Assembly (NCBI GenBank): GCA_043805995.1
Contig: JAZDHJ010000059.1
Coordinates: 71-64,070 of the forward strand
Reading direction: 5' to 3'
DNA length: 64,000 nt
Source: Candidatus Uhrbacteria bacterium
GTDB lineage: Bacteria; Patescibacteriota; Patescibacteriia; UBA9934; GWF2-40-263
A model generated the notes under the pieces. The model had not been told where the DNA came from and ran no database searches. It saw only the letters and a list, made by a program, of their open reading frames with translations. Below, piece after piece: positions 1-10,387 of the stretch (position 1 is its first letter; each line of letters begins with the position of its first letter). Made by a program: the position numbers and the translations under genes.

Positions 1-251
1 CAATCTTGAACCGTTCTTTTTTGTCTCAATGGAACCGCAAGACGGACATTTTCTATTTTTTAAACATACACACTTTTTTATTCACAGGTTATTAAACCTT
101 TTTTATAGAGTATAACACGCGAATTAAGGCTTAACAAAGCGGTGAAATGGTGTTTTTAGCAACCGATATGTCGTACGCTGTCCGGATTTTAGTCTGGACA
201 AAAAGGGGTTTTTGTGATAGATTTTTATTACTTCCTAATTTTCATTCTAGA

Positions 252-509
252 CTAAATTAATCGTTTTCTCGAAAAAGCGTAACCAGAATTACCTTTCAAA
301 TAAGCTTCAAATTCCTGAGCTTTTTTCTTTGAAGAAAAAGCAGCATACCAGACAATTTTCCAAGGCCTGAATTTTTTAGTGTACAAAGATTTTCCGTCGT
401 TGTGTTCTTTTAATCGTTCCGATGGATCTATTTCAGTAAAACCGTAATAATAACGTTTATCTAATTCGCTTTGTAAGACGTAAACAAACCACATAATTTT
501 GCGGCCCAC
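252..509 (-). CDS. GIY-YIG nuclease family protein (small, UPF0213/YhbQ-like)
   Basis: 85 aa; N-terminal motif FVYVLQS...YYYGFT matches the GIY-YIG signature; lies directly beside tRNA-Asp. Confidence 0.65.
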   Translation of the reverse strand: MGRKIMWFVYVLQSELDKRYYYGFTEIDPSERLKEHNDGKSLYTKKFRPWKIVWYAAFSSKKKAQEFEAYLKGNSGYAFSRKRLI

Positions 510-575
510 TTCGCTCGCGACGAGCTACGTTGGGGCCATCCCTACCGTAGCCTCGTCCAACGAGGCGAAGGGGGA
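509..575. repeat. Two inverted units of the CCTTCGC(T)CG-loop-CGAGCTACGGAAGG palindromic repeat directly abutting the tRNA-Asp 3' CCA
   Basis: cttcgctcgcgacgagctacg and ccgtagcctcgtccaacgaggcgaagg read directly; the same motif family recurs more than 10 times in the window. Confidence 0.6.
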
Positions 576-653
576 TGGCGGACTGGAAGGGATTTGAACC
601 CTTGATCTTCTCCGTGACAGGGAGACGTGTTAACCGGGCTACACCACCAATCC
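576..653 (-). tRNA. tRNA-Asp (anticodon GTC) with encoded CCA
   Basis: Reverse complement GGATTGGTGGTGTAGCCCGGTTAACACGTCTCCCTGTCACGGAGAAGATCAAGGGTTCAAATCCCTTCCAGTCCGCCA; folds as a cloverleaf with D stem GTGT/ACAC, anticodon stem TCTCC/GGAGA, loop CTGTCAC and T arm AAGGG-TTCAAAT-CCCTT. Confidence 0.85.
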
Positions 654-759
654 GCGTTTGTTCCGACGGCAATTATATTAACAAAAGGGACGAATTTAGG
701 CAAGAGTGAATATCCCCAACGATTGCTTGGGAGAGGTGAACCCTTCGACCTGGCTCAGG

Positions 760-850
760 GTCTTCGAGGGGTTGAACCACCCTTCCTCCTTCGCTCGGGC
801 TTCGGAAGGACAGGTCGCTCGTGGCGAGCTACGGAGTGGCGTGGCGGGGG
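760..850. repeat. CCTTCGC...CGGAAGG palindromic repeat cluster
   Basis: ccttcctccttcgctcgggcttcggaaggacaggtcgctcgtggcgagctacgg; same family as at 509-575, 5985-6050, 8521-8640, 18666-18740, 37880-38010 and 53505-54000. Confidence 0.55.
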
Positions 851-885
851 ATTTTTTGGTTGGATTAAATTGGTGGTTTTTGTTT

Positions 886-3800
886 TTATATGGAAGCAAG
901 TCGTTGATTAACTTGTTCCAGTTGTTGGTCTAACTCAACGATTTGTTCTGAAAGTCTTTCTTTTTTATTTGTTTTTACTGTTTTTAGTAATTTTGCTGTC
1001 AATCTTCCTTTCTGGCTTTCTAATGAAATAGCTTTTTTTCGCAACTCGTCAGCATCCATATCTTCCAATCTTTTTTCTCCTGTTATCTCATCAAATCTAG
1101 CTGGCCCGGCTGGCGATACGATCGCTGGATTTACTGGAGGTGCTTCGGTTTCGGTTGGGGCCTCGACTGGTGAGGCGGCTTCGACTGGAGCCGTTTCAGA
1201 CGACGGGGTATCAGAAACCTCGGCGGCTGATGAAGTGGCTCCTTCAGCCTCTATCAACACCAACAAATCCTGTGCTGCTTGAATTTCAGCTCGAACTTTC
1301 ATCAGACGTTGTGGATTTGTGTTACTTTCAACCAATCTTTCTTCTTCACTGCTTAATCTTGCAACTTTTTCTTCTAATTTTTCAGACGGAAAATCTTTCA
1401 TTTTTTCGGTTAGTGTCCGAACAAAATCTTGATATCTTCTGTCTAATTCTTGTTGGATTGAAGCACTTTCTTCACTAGGCTCCATACCAGGCTCTTCGGC
1501 TTCTTTGGCTCTTAACGTTTCAAGTCGAGAAGACAACTCGTTGATTGAAGAATTTAAATCAATCGGCGTTTCAACGACCGGTGGTTTTTCAGCTTCATCT
1601 GGTTGGGCTTCGGTGGGAATCTCGGTCGTCGTTGAAGCGACAGGGACAGCTTCGACCGGCTGTTGGGCTAATAAAATATTCACGGCACCCAATTCACCAT
1701 CACAGCTGGTTAAAGCTAGCTTTATTTCACCAATCGGCCTGCCTGCTTCTCTGGCCAATCTTAATTCGTTTTTCAACCGGCTAAATTCTTTTCTTAAAGC
1801 GGCGGCTCTATTTTCCAAACTAGAAACTGGCTCGCCTTCATAATCTTTCATGAAACTCTCAATCAAGTCATTAAACTTTTCCTCTAAAACCTGATCAAGA
1901 ACTTTTCGTCTTTTTTCTAACTCTTTGTTATCCAGATCTCCTTTCAAAGCCGCGTCCAACTCAAAAGAAAGTCTTTGCAAAGTCGAACCTCTTTCTTTTC
2001 TGTATTCTGCCAAGATTGCCGCCTCGTCTATGGCGACTTCTGGTGCTGCAGGTGCGGTTTCGGCCGATCTTTTTTGATCAAGTAAGGTTTTAATCGCGGT
2101 TATTTCTACATCATGTTCAGCTAAAAGACCTTTTATTATTCCAGCAGTTATTTCGTTGCCTGCCGCCAGAGCTTTTAATAAACCTTGTTCTACTCTACCT
2201 TTCGCTTCAGTCAACTCCTCCAAACGTCTTTTCAAATCTGAAAGCGAATCGTCTTTATGTTCAGTTAAAAATTTTTGAACCGCCTCAAGTTTTTCTTTTA
2301 AAACCTGATCAAGAACTTTTTTTCTTAATATTAATTCAGCGTCGTCTGGATGTTCTTCTAAAGACGCTCCCAAAATAGGAGAAATATTTTGCAAACTCAA
2401 AATACTATTTTTTTTATATTCTGCAAGTATTGCCACCTCATCTGTGGCAGTCTCAGCAGCTCCGGTTTCGGCTTCAGACCCCGAAGCAGGTTCAGTCGAC
2501 GAACCAACGGGTGACTCTGCTTCTGGAATGTTCAGCAAATTTTCAATTGCCTGTTCTTCGGCACCGCATTCACTCAAATCCAACATTATTTGAGCCTCGG
2601 TTTCCCTGGCTGCGATTCGAGGTTCTGTTTTACGAGAATTTTGCAAAGCCGACTTCAGTTCAAGTCGTCTTTTTCCTAATTCGTCACGTCTTGATTCCAA
2701 ATCAGAAACCAATTTGCCCCTGTGTTTTTCTGTAAAAATTTCAACCGACGCCTTTATTTTTTCCTCCTTAATCGCTTTGATGATAGCTAACCTTAATTTT
2801 AATTCTGGATTTTCTTCATCTTTTTCCCGATCTAAAACCAAATCAAAATCAACCTTTCTTAAATCTAAATCGCTGAGTTTACTGTATTCGTCTCTCATTC
2901 GTTCTTTTTCATCCCTGGCTGTTTCGACCAACCCGGCCGGTTCGGCCGGCACGGTTGAGTCGGCTGGTTTTTCTGGTGGAGATGAGGCTGCAGGGGTTTC
3001 GACAATTGGTGGAGCAGTAACCGGCGTTTCAACAGACGACGAGGCGTCTCTGATAAACAAATAAAGTGCTTCCAGGTCTTTTCCAAGGTATGAAGCGGCC
3101 CGAGCTTTTGCAACACCGGATTTATAATCTCTCAAAGATCCCTCTATGGAAATAATTACATCTTCAAAATCGTAAAGATCTCGAATTTGTGGTGGTACCC
3201 TTAAAGCGAGGATATCTCCTTTAATGCGAAACCTAACAACATCATGTACCTCGGGGTCAGAAATAATTGATGAAGATTCTGCCAATGGACCCACCCTACC
3301 CCTGCGTTCTTCAAGCGCTGTTTTAAATTTAATCCATAGTGGTTCAGATTGTGTCAGTTTTTCAAAAACCGCCCTTCCTTCTTTTATTAACTTAGCAATT
3401 TCTTCCGTTTCACGCTCATTTAATTCAAAATTTATACCGTACAAGGAATTCGGATATTTGCCCTCATGTTTTGCAAAACATCTTTTTTGTATGCTCTTCA
3501 AAAGATCTAAATCCAATAAACTCTCAACTCCAGCGGCTTCCGGCGATCCAACAACTTTTTCTGGTCCATCTCCTTTACTTGAACTGATATCACCAACCGG
3601 TTTAGATGCTTCAGCGCCGGCCACGACAGGCTTTACCACCTCAGCTGCCAAACTTCGATATTCTCTAATATTCAGATATTCCCCGCCTGCCCAAGTAAGA
3701 CCAAAAAACGAACCGCTTGGTTCTGGTTTAAAAACAAGTTTTTCTGCTTTACCTTTTTCTACCAGTTTCCCGCCTTCGATGCCGGTCAATTTATATTTAC

Positions 3801-5571
3801 CATCCGCTGTTTTTTCCACAATCAAAGAATTGCCATCGGACTGCGTGCCGAATTCTAAACGACCGAGAGCCGGTAGTTCTTGAAGAGCTTTTTCAACCGC
3901 TGTCGAAACATTCTCGACTCGCCGACCACCTTTTTCCAAAAGACCAGACCATCTACCGGGAATCATTTTTTCTGGAACAGGCGGAGTGGTTTCCACAGTA
4001 GCTGTAACAACAGAAGGTTTAACCAATTCTTCGCGAGTCGGAGCAGGTGGAACAACCTCAACAACTGGGGCAACTGGTGCTACTCGAACCGTTTCAACTG
4101 GCCGAACAGCTGAAGTTGTACCTGGAACAACCGAAGATCTTCTGGTAAGCCCGGCCTTTGCCACGGTCTTATAATTCGTAAAAACACCTTCCACGTTTAC
4201 CCCTGATGAAATACCGCGTCCAGAAAGTTCTACTCCGGCCAGCGAGCCGATTGCCCCGCCATCACTACTGCCAACGACTGAGACAAACTCAATGTAAGAA
4301 TTTTTAATTTTTGCTCGTTCCTTTGGAGTGGCCGTAGTCATGGCTTCAACAAATTTGGTAAAGGTTTTTATTTCATTACCTTTTCCGTCAACAATAAGCA
4401 TTGGTGGTCTTAAACCAGGTTCAATTCTGTTCCAATTTTCAATAACATATTGAAAAACATTTTTATATTCATTAAAATTTTTGGCAACCAGCCGTTCAGA
4501 CTCTTCTTTATCCTTCCTAATATATTCAGTTTTTGGTAAACCAAAAGCCTTGAGAAAAGTCAACATTGTTTCGGCAGTAAATTTTTCTGCAACTTCGGTT
4601 TTAGTCTCTGACACGGGTGTTATATCAGAACCGGCCGCAACAATCGGTTCAGCTGTTTCAGCCACATTTGCAACAACTACGGCTACCGGTTCTTCTGTTT
4701 CAGTTCCCGCCTTACGACCAATGACCTCAACAACTATTTTTTTTAATTTTCTATAACTCAGCACTCGTTTATAAATATTCTCTGCCTTATCAAAAGCGTC
4801 TTTATAACCCGGCTTTGTGGCTTTGATCTTGGCAAGATCTTCATAAGCCTTAACACGTTCTTTCTCTAATTTTTCCAAAATTTTATCGTAATTGGCCGCA
4901 ATCTTTTTAAGTTCCGCCAATTTTATATCTTCAAAACCAGTATTGGTTCTTTCAACCAACGGAATTTCTGGCAATGGACCGGATGTCTCTGTTGATGACA
5001 TATCAGGATTTTTTAAAATTGGTGGAACGACTTCAGGAACAACAGCTGGTTTAGGCGCTTCAGCTGTCGCTTTTTTTGCCGTTTCATTTAATTCACCCAA
5101 TCTTTCAGCGTAATCCGCTTTTCTTTCCTCTCGTTCTCTTGTTTCTCTTTCAGTATTTCGCAAAGCTTTTAATTTTTGTTTGGTGCGGTTACGAACCGCG
5201 GTTAATCGATTTCCTAAAGTTCCTATTTCGACCCCTAGAGGGGCCAAAATCTCCGCACGCTCTTCTTTAAGACCTATGCGATTGAGGACCTCTATAACCA
5301 TGGTTGGAGAAGCGATAAATTTTTTTTGCATTTCTTCAGACATCACATCCGTAAGAGCGCTTATATCTTCAATAATTTGCAAAGCCGCTTCATCACGAGC
5401 GTCAGGACGATCCTCTCTTTCGTATTGATCCACCAAACTTTTAAATTTTTTTTCGATAGCCGAAGAAGAATCAATCTTTGATGATTCTTGTGGCGCCTCG
5501 ACCGCGGCTGGTGTTGTCTCGACCGCTGGGGGTGCTTCATTTTCTATTGGAGCAATTGGTGTGTCTGCCAT
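886..5571 (-). CDS. Very large hypothetical protein of about 1560 aa; cytoplasmic-looking, coiled-coil and Pro/Ala/Glu-rich linkers, with an internal tandem duplication of about 130 aa
   Basis: Long ORF; the likely true start is MADTPIAPIENE at 5571, since the upstream part of the track ORF runs into the preceding small gene. No signal peptide. The two copies of the repeated block start with VAILAEYKKNS... and AAILAEYRKERGS... and share ...LDQVL(K/E)EK... further on. No recognisable catalytic motif. Confidence 0.55.
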   Translation of the reverse strand: MADTPIAPIENEAPPAVETTPAAVEAPQESSKIDSSSAIEKKFKSLVDQYEREDRPDARDEAALQIIEDISALTDVMSEEMQKKFIASPTMVIEVLNRIGLKEERAEILAPLGVEIGTLGNRLTAVRNRTKQKLKALRNTERETREREERKADYAERLGELNETAKKATAEAPKPAVVPEVVPPILKNPDMSSTETSGPLPEIPLVERTNTGFEDIKLAELKKIAANYDKILEKLEKERVKAYEDLAKIKATKPGYKDAFDKAENIYKRVLSYRKLKKIVVEVIGRKAGTETEEPVAVVVANVAETAEPIVAAGSDITPVSETKTEVAEKFTAETMLTFLKAFGLPKTEYIRKDKEESERLVAKNFNEYKNVFQYVIENWNRIEPGLRPPMLIVDGKGNEIKTFTKFVEAMTTATPKERAKIKNSYIEFVSVVGSSDGGAIGSLAGVELSGRGISSGVNVEGVFTNYKTVAKAGLTRRSSVVPGTTSAVRPVETVRVAPVAPVVEVVPPAPTREELVKPSVVTATVETTPPVPEKMIPGRWSGLLEKGGRRVENVSTAVEKALQELPALGRLEFGTQSDGNSLIVEKTADGKYKLTGIEGGKLVEKGKAEKLVFKPEPSGSFFGLTWAGGEYLNIREYRSLAAEVVKPVVAGAEASKPVGDISSSKGDGPEKVVGSPEAAGVESLLDLDLLKSIQKRCFAKHEGKYPNSLYGINFELNERETEEIAKLIKEGRAVFEKLTQSEPLWIKFKTALEERRGRVGPLAESSSIISDPEVHDVVRFRIKGDILALRVPPQIRDLYDFEDVIISIEGSLRDYKSGVAKARAASYLGKDLEALYLFIRDASSSVETPVTAPPIVETPAASSPPEKPADSTVPAEPAGLVETARDEKERMRDEYSKLSDLDLRKVDFDLVLDREKDEENPELKLRLAIIKAIKEEKIKASVEIFTEKHRGKLVSDLESRRDELGKRRLELKSALQNSRKTEPRIAARETEAQIMLDLSECGAEEQAIENLLNIPEAESPVGSSTEPASGSEAETGAAETATDEVAILAEYKKNSILSLQNISPILGASLEEHPDDAELILRKKVLDQVLKEKLEAVQKFLTEHKDDSLSDLKRRLEELTEAKGRVEQGLLKALAAGNEITAGIIKGLLAEHDVEITAIKTLLDQKRSAETAPAAPEVAIDEAAILAEYRKERGSTLQRLSFELDAALKGDLDNKELEKRRKVLDQVLEEKFNDLIESFMKDYEGEPVSSLENRAAALRKEFSRLKNELRLAREAGRPIGEIKLALTSCDGELGAVNILLAQQPVEAVPVASTTTEIPTEAQPDEAEKPPVVETPIDLNSSINELSSRLETLRAKEAEEPGMEPSEESASIQQELDRRYQDFVRTLTEKMKDFPSEKLEEKVARLSSEEERLVESNTNPQRLMKVRAEIQAAQDLLVLIEAEGATSSAAEVSDTPSSETAPVEAASPVEAPTETEAPPVNPAIVSPAGPARFDEITGEKRLEDMDADELRKKAISLESQKGRLTAKLLKTVKTNKKERLSEQIVELDQQLEQVNQRLASI

Positions 5572-5581
5572 ACAAAAAAAA

Positions 5582-5782
5582 TTAATTTGTTTTAGAAGTA
5601 AAAATTTTTGAAATAAAACCACGAATCCGATCGGCGGCTTTCGCTTCACCGGCTTTAATGGTTTTTTTGACCAAATCGTCGTGTTCGTTTTTAATCGCCG
5701 CCACTGACTGTTCAAACTCTTGAGTGATTTGAACGGCCGCTTTTATGCGATCGTCGGCAGTTTGTGAGGTGGGGTCGGCCAT
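5582..5782 (-). CDS. Small hypothetical protein (66 aa); stop lies 10 bp upstream of the large coiled-coil gene start
   Basis: ORF only; the tight spacing suggests co-transcription. Confidence 0.35.
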   Translation of the reverse strand: MADPTSQTADDRIKAAVQITQEFEQSVAAIKNEHDDLVKKTIKAGEAKAADRIRGFISKIFTSKTN

Positions 5783-6050
5783 ATGTTGGTGATTATAGCA
5801 CGGATTGGGGTGGAGTTGGGAGGCGACATGGGCTTCAGGCCTCGCCCGTAGGCTATGGCCGAGGGGGCTTGATGGGCTTGGCTGGAGAGGCCAGAAGAGG
5901 CTTAAAAGGCTTGAGAGGCTTTGTGGGGGATGGTTTTAGGGACTAAGGTTGGAACTGGGAAACGTTTCTAAATCAAAGCCACGCGGCCCTCCTTCGCTAG
6001 GGCTACGGAAGGGTGAACGAGATCCTTCTCTGGCTCAGGATGACAAATAT
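5783..6050. repeat. Composite intergenic repeat block: a G-rich GGCCTCGCCCGTAGGCTATGGCCGAGGGGG unit plus CCTTCGCTAGGGCTACGGAAGGG and GATCCTTCT-TGGCTCAGGATGACA units
   Basis: The same submotifs are seen at 8521-8640, 32690-32870, 35395-35570 and 42404-42740. Confidence 0.55.
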
Positions 6051-6054
6051 TGTA

Positions 6055-8442
6055 TTATTTTTTTCGTCTCAATTTTGCTAAAGCGAGACGAGTTGGTAAA
6101 ACTGAGTCTGGGTTTAGGGACAAACTGTCGATACCGGCTTTCATTAACATGACGGCGAAGGCGGGATAATCTGATGGGGCCTGGCCGCAAATACCGACTT
6201 TGATTTTGTGCCCGCGAGCGACTTTGATGACTTTTTTAATAAGTTCGACCACCGCCGGATTCCGTTCATCGGCCACGGCGTGCAAACGCGGAGAATCACG
6301 ATCAAGGCCGAGGGTGAGTTGGGTTAAGTCGTTTGAACCGATACTGAAACCGTCAAAAATTTCGGCGAACTCGTCAGCTAAAATTATGTTCGAAGGAATC
6401 TCGACCATAACAAAAACTCTCAGCTTGTTTTTTCCACGCACCAGACCAGCTTTTTTCATAACTGCAAGCACCTTCTGCCCTTCCTCAACCGTTCGACAAA
6501 ATGGCACCATGGGGACAACATTATTCAAACCCATTTCATCGCGCACCCGACGAATAGCTTCGCACTCCAAAAGAAAAGCTGGCTCAAAATCCGGATCATA
6601 ATACCGCGAAGCACCGCGCCAACCGATCATGGGATTTTCTTCTTTTGGTTCAAACTCGGCACCGCCTAAAAGCGAAGCATACTCATTAGTTTTAAAATCA
6701 GAAAAACGAACGATAACATCATTCGGATAAAAAGCCGCGGCAATTTTGGCGATACCACTGGCTAATTTCTCGATGTAAAAATCTGTCGGTTTTTTATAAC
6801 CGACTGTCAACTTAGCAATCTTGGCCACCAAACTTCGGTCTTTAAGTTTTGGATATCTGACAAGCGCCATTGGGTGAGCCTTAACCATGTTGGCAATAAT
6901 AAATTCCTCGCGAGCCAAACCAACACCATCGTTTGGAATACGACACAACTCAAAAGCCGTATCGGGCTGACCGACGTTCATCATGATTTTGATCGGCAAC
7001 TTTGGCACTTTAGAAATATTCGTTCGTTTGATTTTGAACAATAACTCGCCCTCATAAACTCGGCCATCCTCACCCTCGGCACAAGAAACCGTAATTTTTG
7101 AATTATCTTTAATCATCTGAGTTCCCTTGCCTGTACCAACCACACAAGGCACGCCAAGTTCGCGGCTAACGATGGCTGCATGCGAAGTTCGACCACCGCC
7201 ATCGGTCACAATGGCCGCGGCTTTTTTCATAATCGGTTCCCAAGCCGGATCAGTCATTCTGGCCACCAAAACATCGCCGGTCTGAAAAGCGTCAATCTGT
7301 TTTGGACTCTTAACCAACCTGGCTCGACCAGAACCGATTTTTGAACCGACAGCGATGCCTTTAATAATAATTTTTCCTGGCTGAGTTAAACGATACTCCT
7401 CGATGACCTCGGTATTTTTTTGCGCCTGAACTGTCTCGGGCCGAGCTTGAACAATAAAAAGTCGACCGGTTGGACCGTCCTTGGCCCATTCAATATCCAT
7501 CGGCTTAGCAAAAGCCTTTTCAATCTCGACTGCCCACTTGGCCAATTGCAAAACCTCATCGTCACTAAGAGAAAACTTGCCGCGTTCCTTAGCCTCAGTC
7601 GCTACAATCCGGCTACCGCCATCTTTCTTCATCACATACTTCAAAAGCTTACTGCCAAGTTTCCGTTCCAAAATTGGTCGATGTTTTTCCAAAGTATTTT
7701 TAAAAACCGAAAAATGATCAGGCACAGCTTTGCCTTGAACAATCGCCTCACCATAACCCCAAGAAGCATCGATATTAACTATTCGTTCAAAACCCGACTC
7801 GGTATCAATGGTAAACATGACACCAGAAGCGGCGCGATCGGAACGAATTAAAAATTGCACGCCGACCGACATGGAAACCAAACGGTGTTTAAATTTATTA
7901 TTGACCCGATAAGAAATGGCCCGATCAGTAAAAAGCGAAGCAAAACATTTTTTAACTGCTTCGACGACTTCATTTTTCCCGGAAATATTTAAATACGAAT
8001 CGTGCTGGCCAGCAAAAGAAGCGCCGGGCAAATCCTCGGCCGTGGCTGAGGAGCGCACAGCTACCGTGATGGCTTTTGAACCGAGCTCAGCCGATAATTT
8101 TTCGTAAGACTTGATGATCATCTTCGTTAATTCATCCGGCATCGGTGTCGACATTATCAACTCACGAATCTTTTTTCCCTCACGAGCCAAAACCTCGGTA
8201 TTCTGAACATCAATCGACTCGACCATTTGCCAAACTTGTTTGGCAATTTTCCCCTCAGTTAAAAAAAACCGAAAAGCTTCGGCTGTAACCGCAAAACCCG
8301 GCGGTACTGGGAAACTAATTTTGTTTTTTTTGCTCGATCGCAGACCAAGACGAGTCATTTCACCGAGAGCTGCATTTTTACCACCAACCAAACCAACATC
8401 AGTAATTTTAATTTGTTTGAACCACAGAATGAAGTTGGACAT
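6055..8442 (-). CDS. ppsA: Phosphoenolpyruvate synthase (pyruvate, water dikinase)
   Basis: 795 aa; N-terminal GLVGGKNAALGEM; GGRTSHAAIVSRELGVPCVVGTG phosphohistidine-domain motif; C-terminal PEP-utilising TIM-barrel motifs; size matches PpsA. Confidence 0.85.
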   Translation of the reverse strand: MSNFILWFKQIKITDVGLVGGKNAALGEMTRLGLRSSKKNKISFPVPPGFAVTAEAFRFFLTEGKIAKQVWQMVESIDVQNTEVLAREGKKIRELIMSTPMPDELTKMIIKSYEKLSAELGSKAITVAVRSSATAEDLPGASFAGQHDSYLNISGKNEVVEAVKKCFASLFTDRAISYRVNNKFKHRLVSMSVGVQFLIRSDRAASGVMFTIDTESGFERIVNIDASWGYGEAIVQGKAVPDHFSVFKNTLEKHRPILERKLGSKLLKYVMKKDGGSRIVATEAKERGKFSLSDDEVLQLAKWAVEIEKAFAKPMDIEWAKDGPTGRLFIVQARPETVQAQKNTEVIEEYRLTQPGKIIIKGIAVGSKIGSGRARLVKSPKQIDAFQTGDVLVARMTDPAWEPIMKKAAAIVTDGGGRTSHAAIVSRELGVPCVVGTGKGTQMIKDNSKITVSCAEGEDGRVYEGELLFKIKRTNISKVPKLPIKIMMNVGQPDTAFELCRIPNDGVGLAREEFIIANMVKAHPMALVRYPKLKDRSLVAKIAKLTVGYKKPTDFYIEKLASGIAKIAAAFYPNDVIVRFSDFKTNEYASLLGGAEFEPKEENPMIGWRGASRYYDPDFEPAFLLECEAIRRVRDEMGLNNVVPMVPFCRTVEEGQKVLAVMKKAGLVRGKNKLRVFVMVEIPSNIILADEFAEIFDGFSIGSNDLTQLTLGLDRDSPRLHAVADERNPAVVELIKKVIKVARGHKIKVGICGQAPSDYPAFAVMLMKAGIDSLSLNPDSVLPTRLALAKLRRKK

Positions 8443-8444
8443 AT

Positions 8445-8769
8445 GGTGGAAATTATTGAATTTTCAAATTATTTAATTATTGAATTATGGAAAATTATCT
8501 TTTACATTTTTAAAATTAACCCTTTCTCCTTCTCTCGAGCTTCCTCCTTCGCTCGTGACGAGCTACGGAAGGACGCGGTCGGAAGGACAAACCGCTCGCG
8601 TCGAGTGGCAAACGAGATCCTTCTTTGGCTCAGGATGACAGGTGAATTGGAATGTCAAATGACAAATGATGGAATTTATTATTCTAAAAATTCAACCTCC
8701 ATACTTAGACACCCCTAACAATCGAGCTTCCTTAATTCAATAATTCAGAAATTAAATAATTCAATAATT
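8445..8769. repeat. Intergenic repeat block: AT-rich AATTATTGAAT iterations plus a CCTTCGCTCGTGACGAGCTACGGAAGG unit and a GATCCTTCTTTGGCTCAGGATGACA unit
   Basis: Direct reading; the same units occur elsewhere (5985-6050, 17770-17830, 60090-60110). Confidence 0.5.
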
Positions 8770-10158
8770 TCAAATCTCCTTTATCTCCACAAAATTTACC
8801 CGTTTACCGACTGGCTGACCAGCTAAAATGATTATTTTTTCTCCCTGTTTAACCAAATGTTCTTTTTTTAATCTTTTAATGGATTTGGCAATCAAATCAT
8901 CAATATTAAAAGTTTTAGGAATGGCGATAGGCGAGACAGCCCAGGATAAACACAATTGATGGCGAACAAATTCGGAAGCGGTGGCGGAAATAATCGGTAG
9001 TTCTGGTCTAAAACGGCTAACCAATCGCGCAGTACTACCGGAAAGTGTAGCTACTAAAATAGCATTGGCCTTAACTGTACGAGACAATAAGTTGGCCGCG
9101 CCGCCAATAGCATCCTCGATAACTTTTACAAAACCCGCCGCCTCATCTGGCGAAACATCGTCAAAAGGTGAGGCCTCGGTTTCCATAATAATTTTTGCCA
9201 TGGTCTCGACGGCCTCGACCGGGTATTTACCGGTTGCGGTTTCACCCGACAACATGACGGCGTCGGTGTGATCAATAACCGCATTGGCAACGTCGGAAAC
9301 CTCGGCCCGCGTCGGTCGAGGATTTCGGATCATGGAATCGAGCATTTGGGTGGCCACAATAACTGACTTACCAATTGTCCGGCACTTTTCAATTATTTCT
9401 TTTTGCACTAAAGGCACCTGCTCGGCCGGAATCTCGATTCCTAAATCACCACGAGCCACCATGACGGCGTCGACTTCTTTGAGAATTTCATCGAAACGAC
9501 GAACCGCTTCGTGCTTTTCGATTTTCGCAATAATCATGGGAATTGGTTGACTGGCTTTGGCTTTTGTTTTTAAAAGACGTCGCAGATTGCGAATGTCTTT
9601 AGGATCAGTCACAAACGACATGGCGACATAATGTACGCCTTCACGGACACAAAAAGCCGCATCTAAACGGTCTTTTTCGGTAAGTGGTTCAATTTTTAGC
9701 GTTGAGTCGGGAAAATTTAAACCTTTATGAGAAGTAAGCGTGCCACCGACGTTAACTTTAATTTTTAAAAATCCGGACTTACCGCCGATACACTCGCCAT
9801 CCATAATTCCATCATCAAGCAAAATCCGATCGCCTTTTTTGACGTCACGAAAAAGATTCGGATAAGTGACTGGAACCTCAATTGTTTCTCCTTTAACAAT
9901 TTTCAAACCTGCCGCCGGCAAATCACCAACTCTAATTTTTGGTCCTTGGAGATCACCAATAATAGCAATCGGTTCACCAAGTTTTTTCTCAACCGCTCGA
10001 ATACTTCTAATCGTCGCCCGATGACTTTTATAATCACCATGCGACAAATTTAATCGAGCCACGTTCATACCACTGCGAATCAATCGGGTAAGTTTAACAG
10101 TTGATGAAGAAGCTGGACCGATGGTGCAAACTATTTTAGTTCTTTTTTGTGGTTTCAT
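8770..10158 (-). CDS. pyk: Pyruvate kinase
   Basis: 462 aa; N-terminal TKIVCTIGPAS...MNVARLNLSHG is characteristic of pyruvate kinase. Confidence 0.9.
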   Translation of the reverse strand: MKPQKRTKIVCTIGPASSSTVKLTRLIRSGMNVARLNLSHGDYKSHRATIRSIRAVEKKLGEPIAIIGDLQGPKIRVGDLPAAGLKIVKGETIEVPVTYPNLFRDVKKGDRILLDDGIMDGECIGGKSGFLKIKVNVGGTLTSHKGLNFPDSTLKIEPLTEKDRLDAAFCVREGVHYVAMSFVTDPKDIRNLRRLLKTKAKASQPIPMIIAKIEKHEAVRRFDEILKEVDAVMVARGDLGIEIPAEQVPLVQKEIIEKCRTIGKSVIVATQMLDSMIRNPRPTRAEVSDVANAVIDHTDAVMLSGETATGKYPVEAVETMAKIIMETEASPFDDVSPDEAAGFVKVIEDAIGGAANLLSRTVKANAILVATLSGSTARLVSRFRPELPIISATASEFVRHQLCLSWAVSPIAIPKTFNIDDLIAKSIKRLKKEHLVKQGEKIIILAGQPVGKRVNFVEIKEI

Positions 10159-10169
10159 ATTGTTTTTTT

Positions 10170-10384
10170 GGGGTTAAGGGGACGGAAGGGGTTAAAGGGG
10201 TTGCAGAGGGTTTTAAGTTGGGTCGGAGTTTTGTTGGTTATTATCGGAGGGTGGTTTTTAGGTGATTAAAAAGGTGATTATTTTTTTGATAGTTAATAAC
10301 TCACCAATCATCTAAATAATCACTCTAATCAACACCAAATAAAATCCTCTACAACCCCTTCCGCCCCTTAAACCCCTTATTCCC
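10170..10384. mobile_element. MITE-like G-rich element of about 215 bp with terminal inverted repeats (GGGTTAAGGGGACGGAAGGGGTT ... AACCCCTTCCGCCCCTTAAACCCC)
   Basis: The ends are reverse complements of each other; it sits exactly between the pyk start and the htrA stop; related to the 35395-35570 and 42404-42740 elements. Confidence 0.5.
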
Positions 10385-10387
10385 TAA

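Noticed and set aside
457-933. Track ORFs overlapping tRNA-Asp and the flanking repeats (71, 94, 67 and 75 aa)
   Set aside because: They are translations of the tRNA gene and palindromic repeats. The same peptide strings (e.g. SFARASEGQV, RRASSFARGEL) recur wherever the repeat occurs, so they are not genes.
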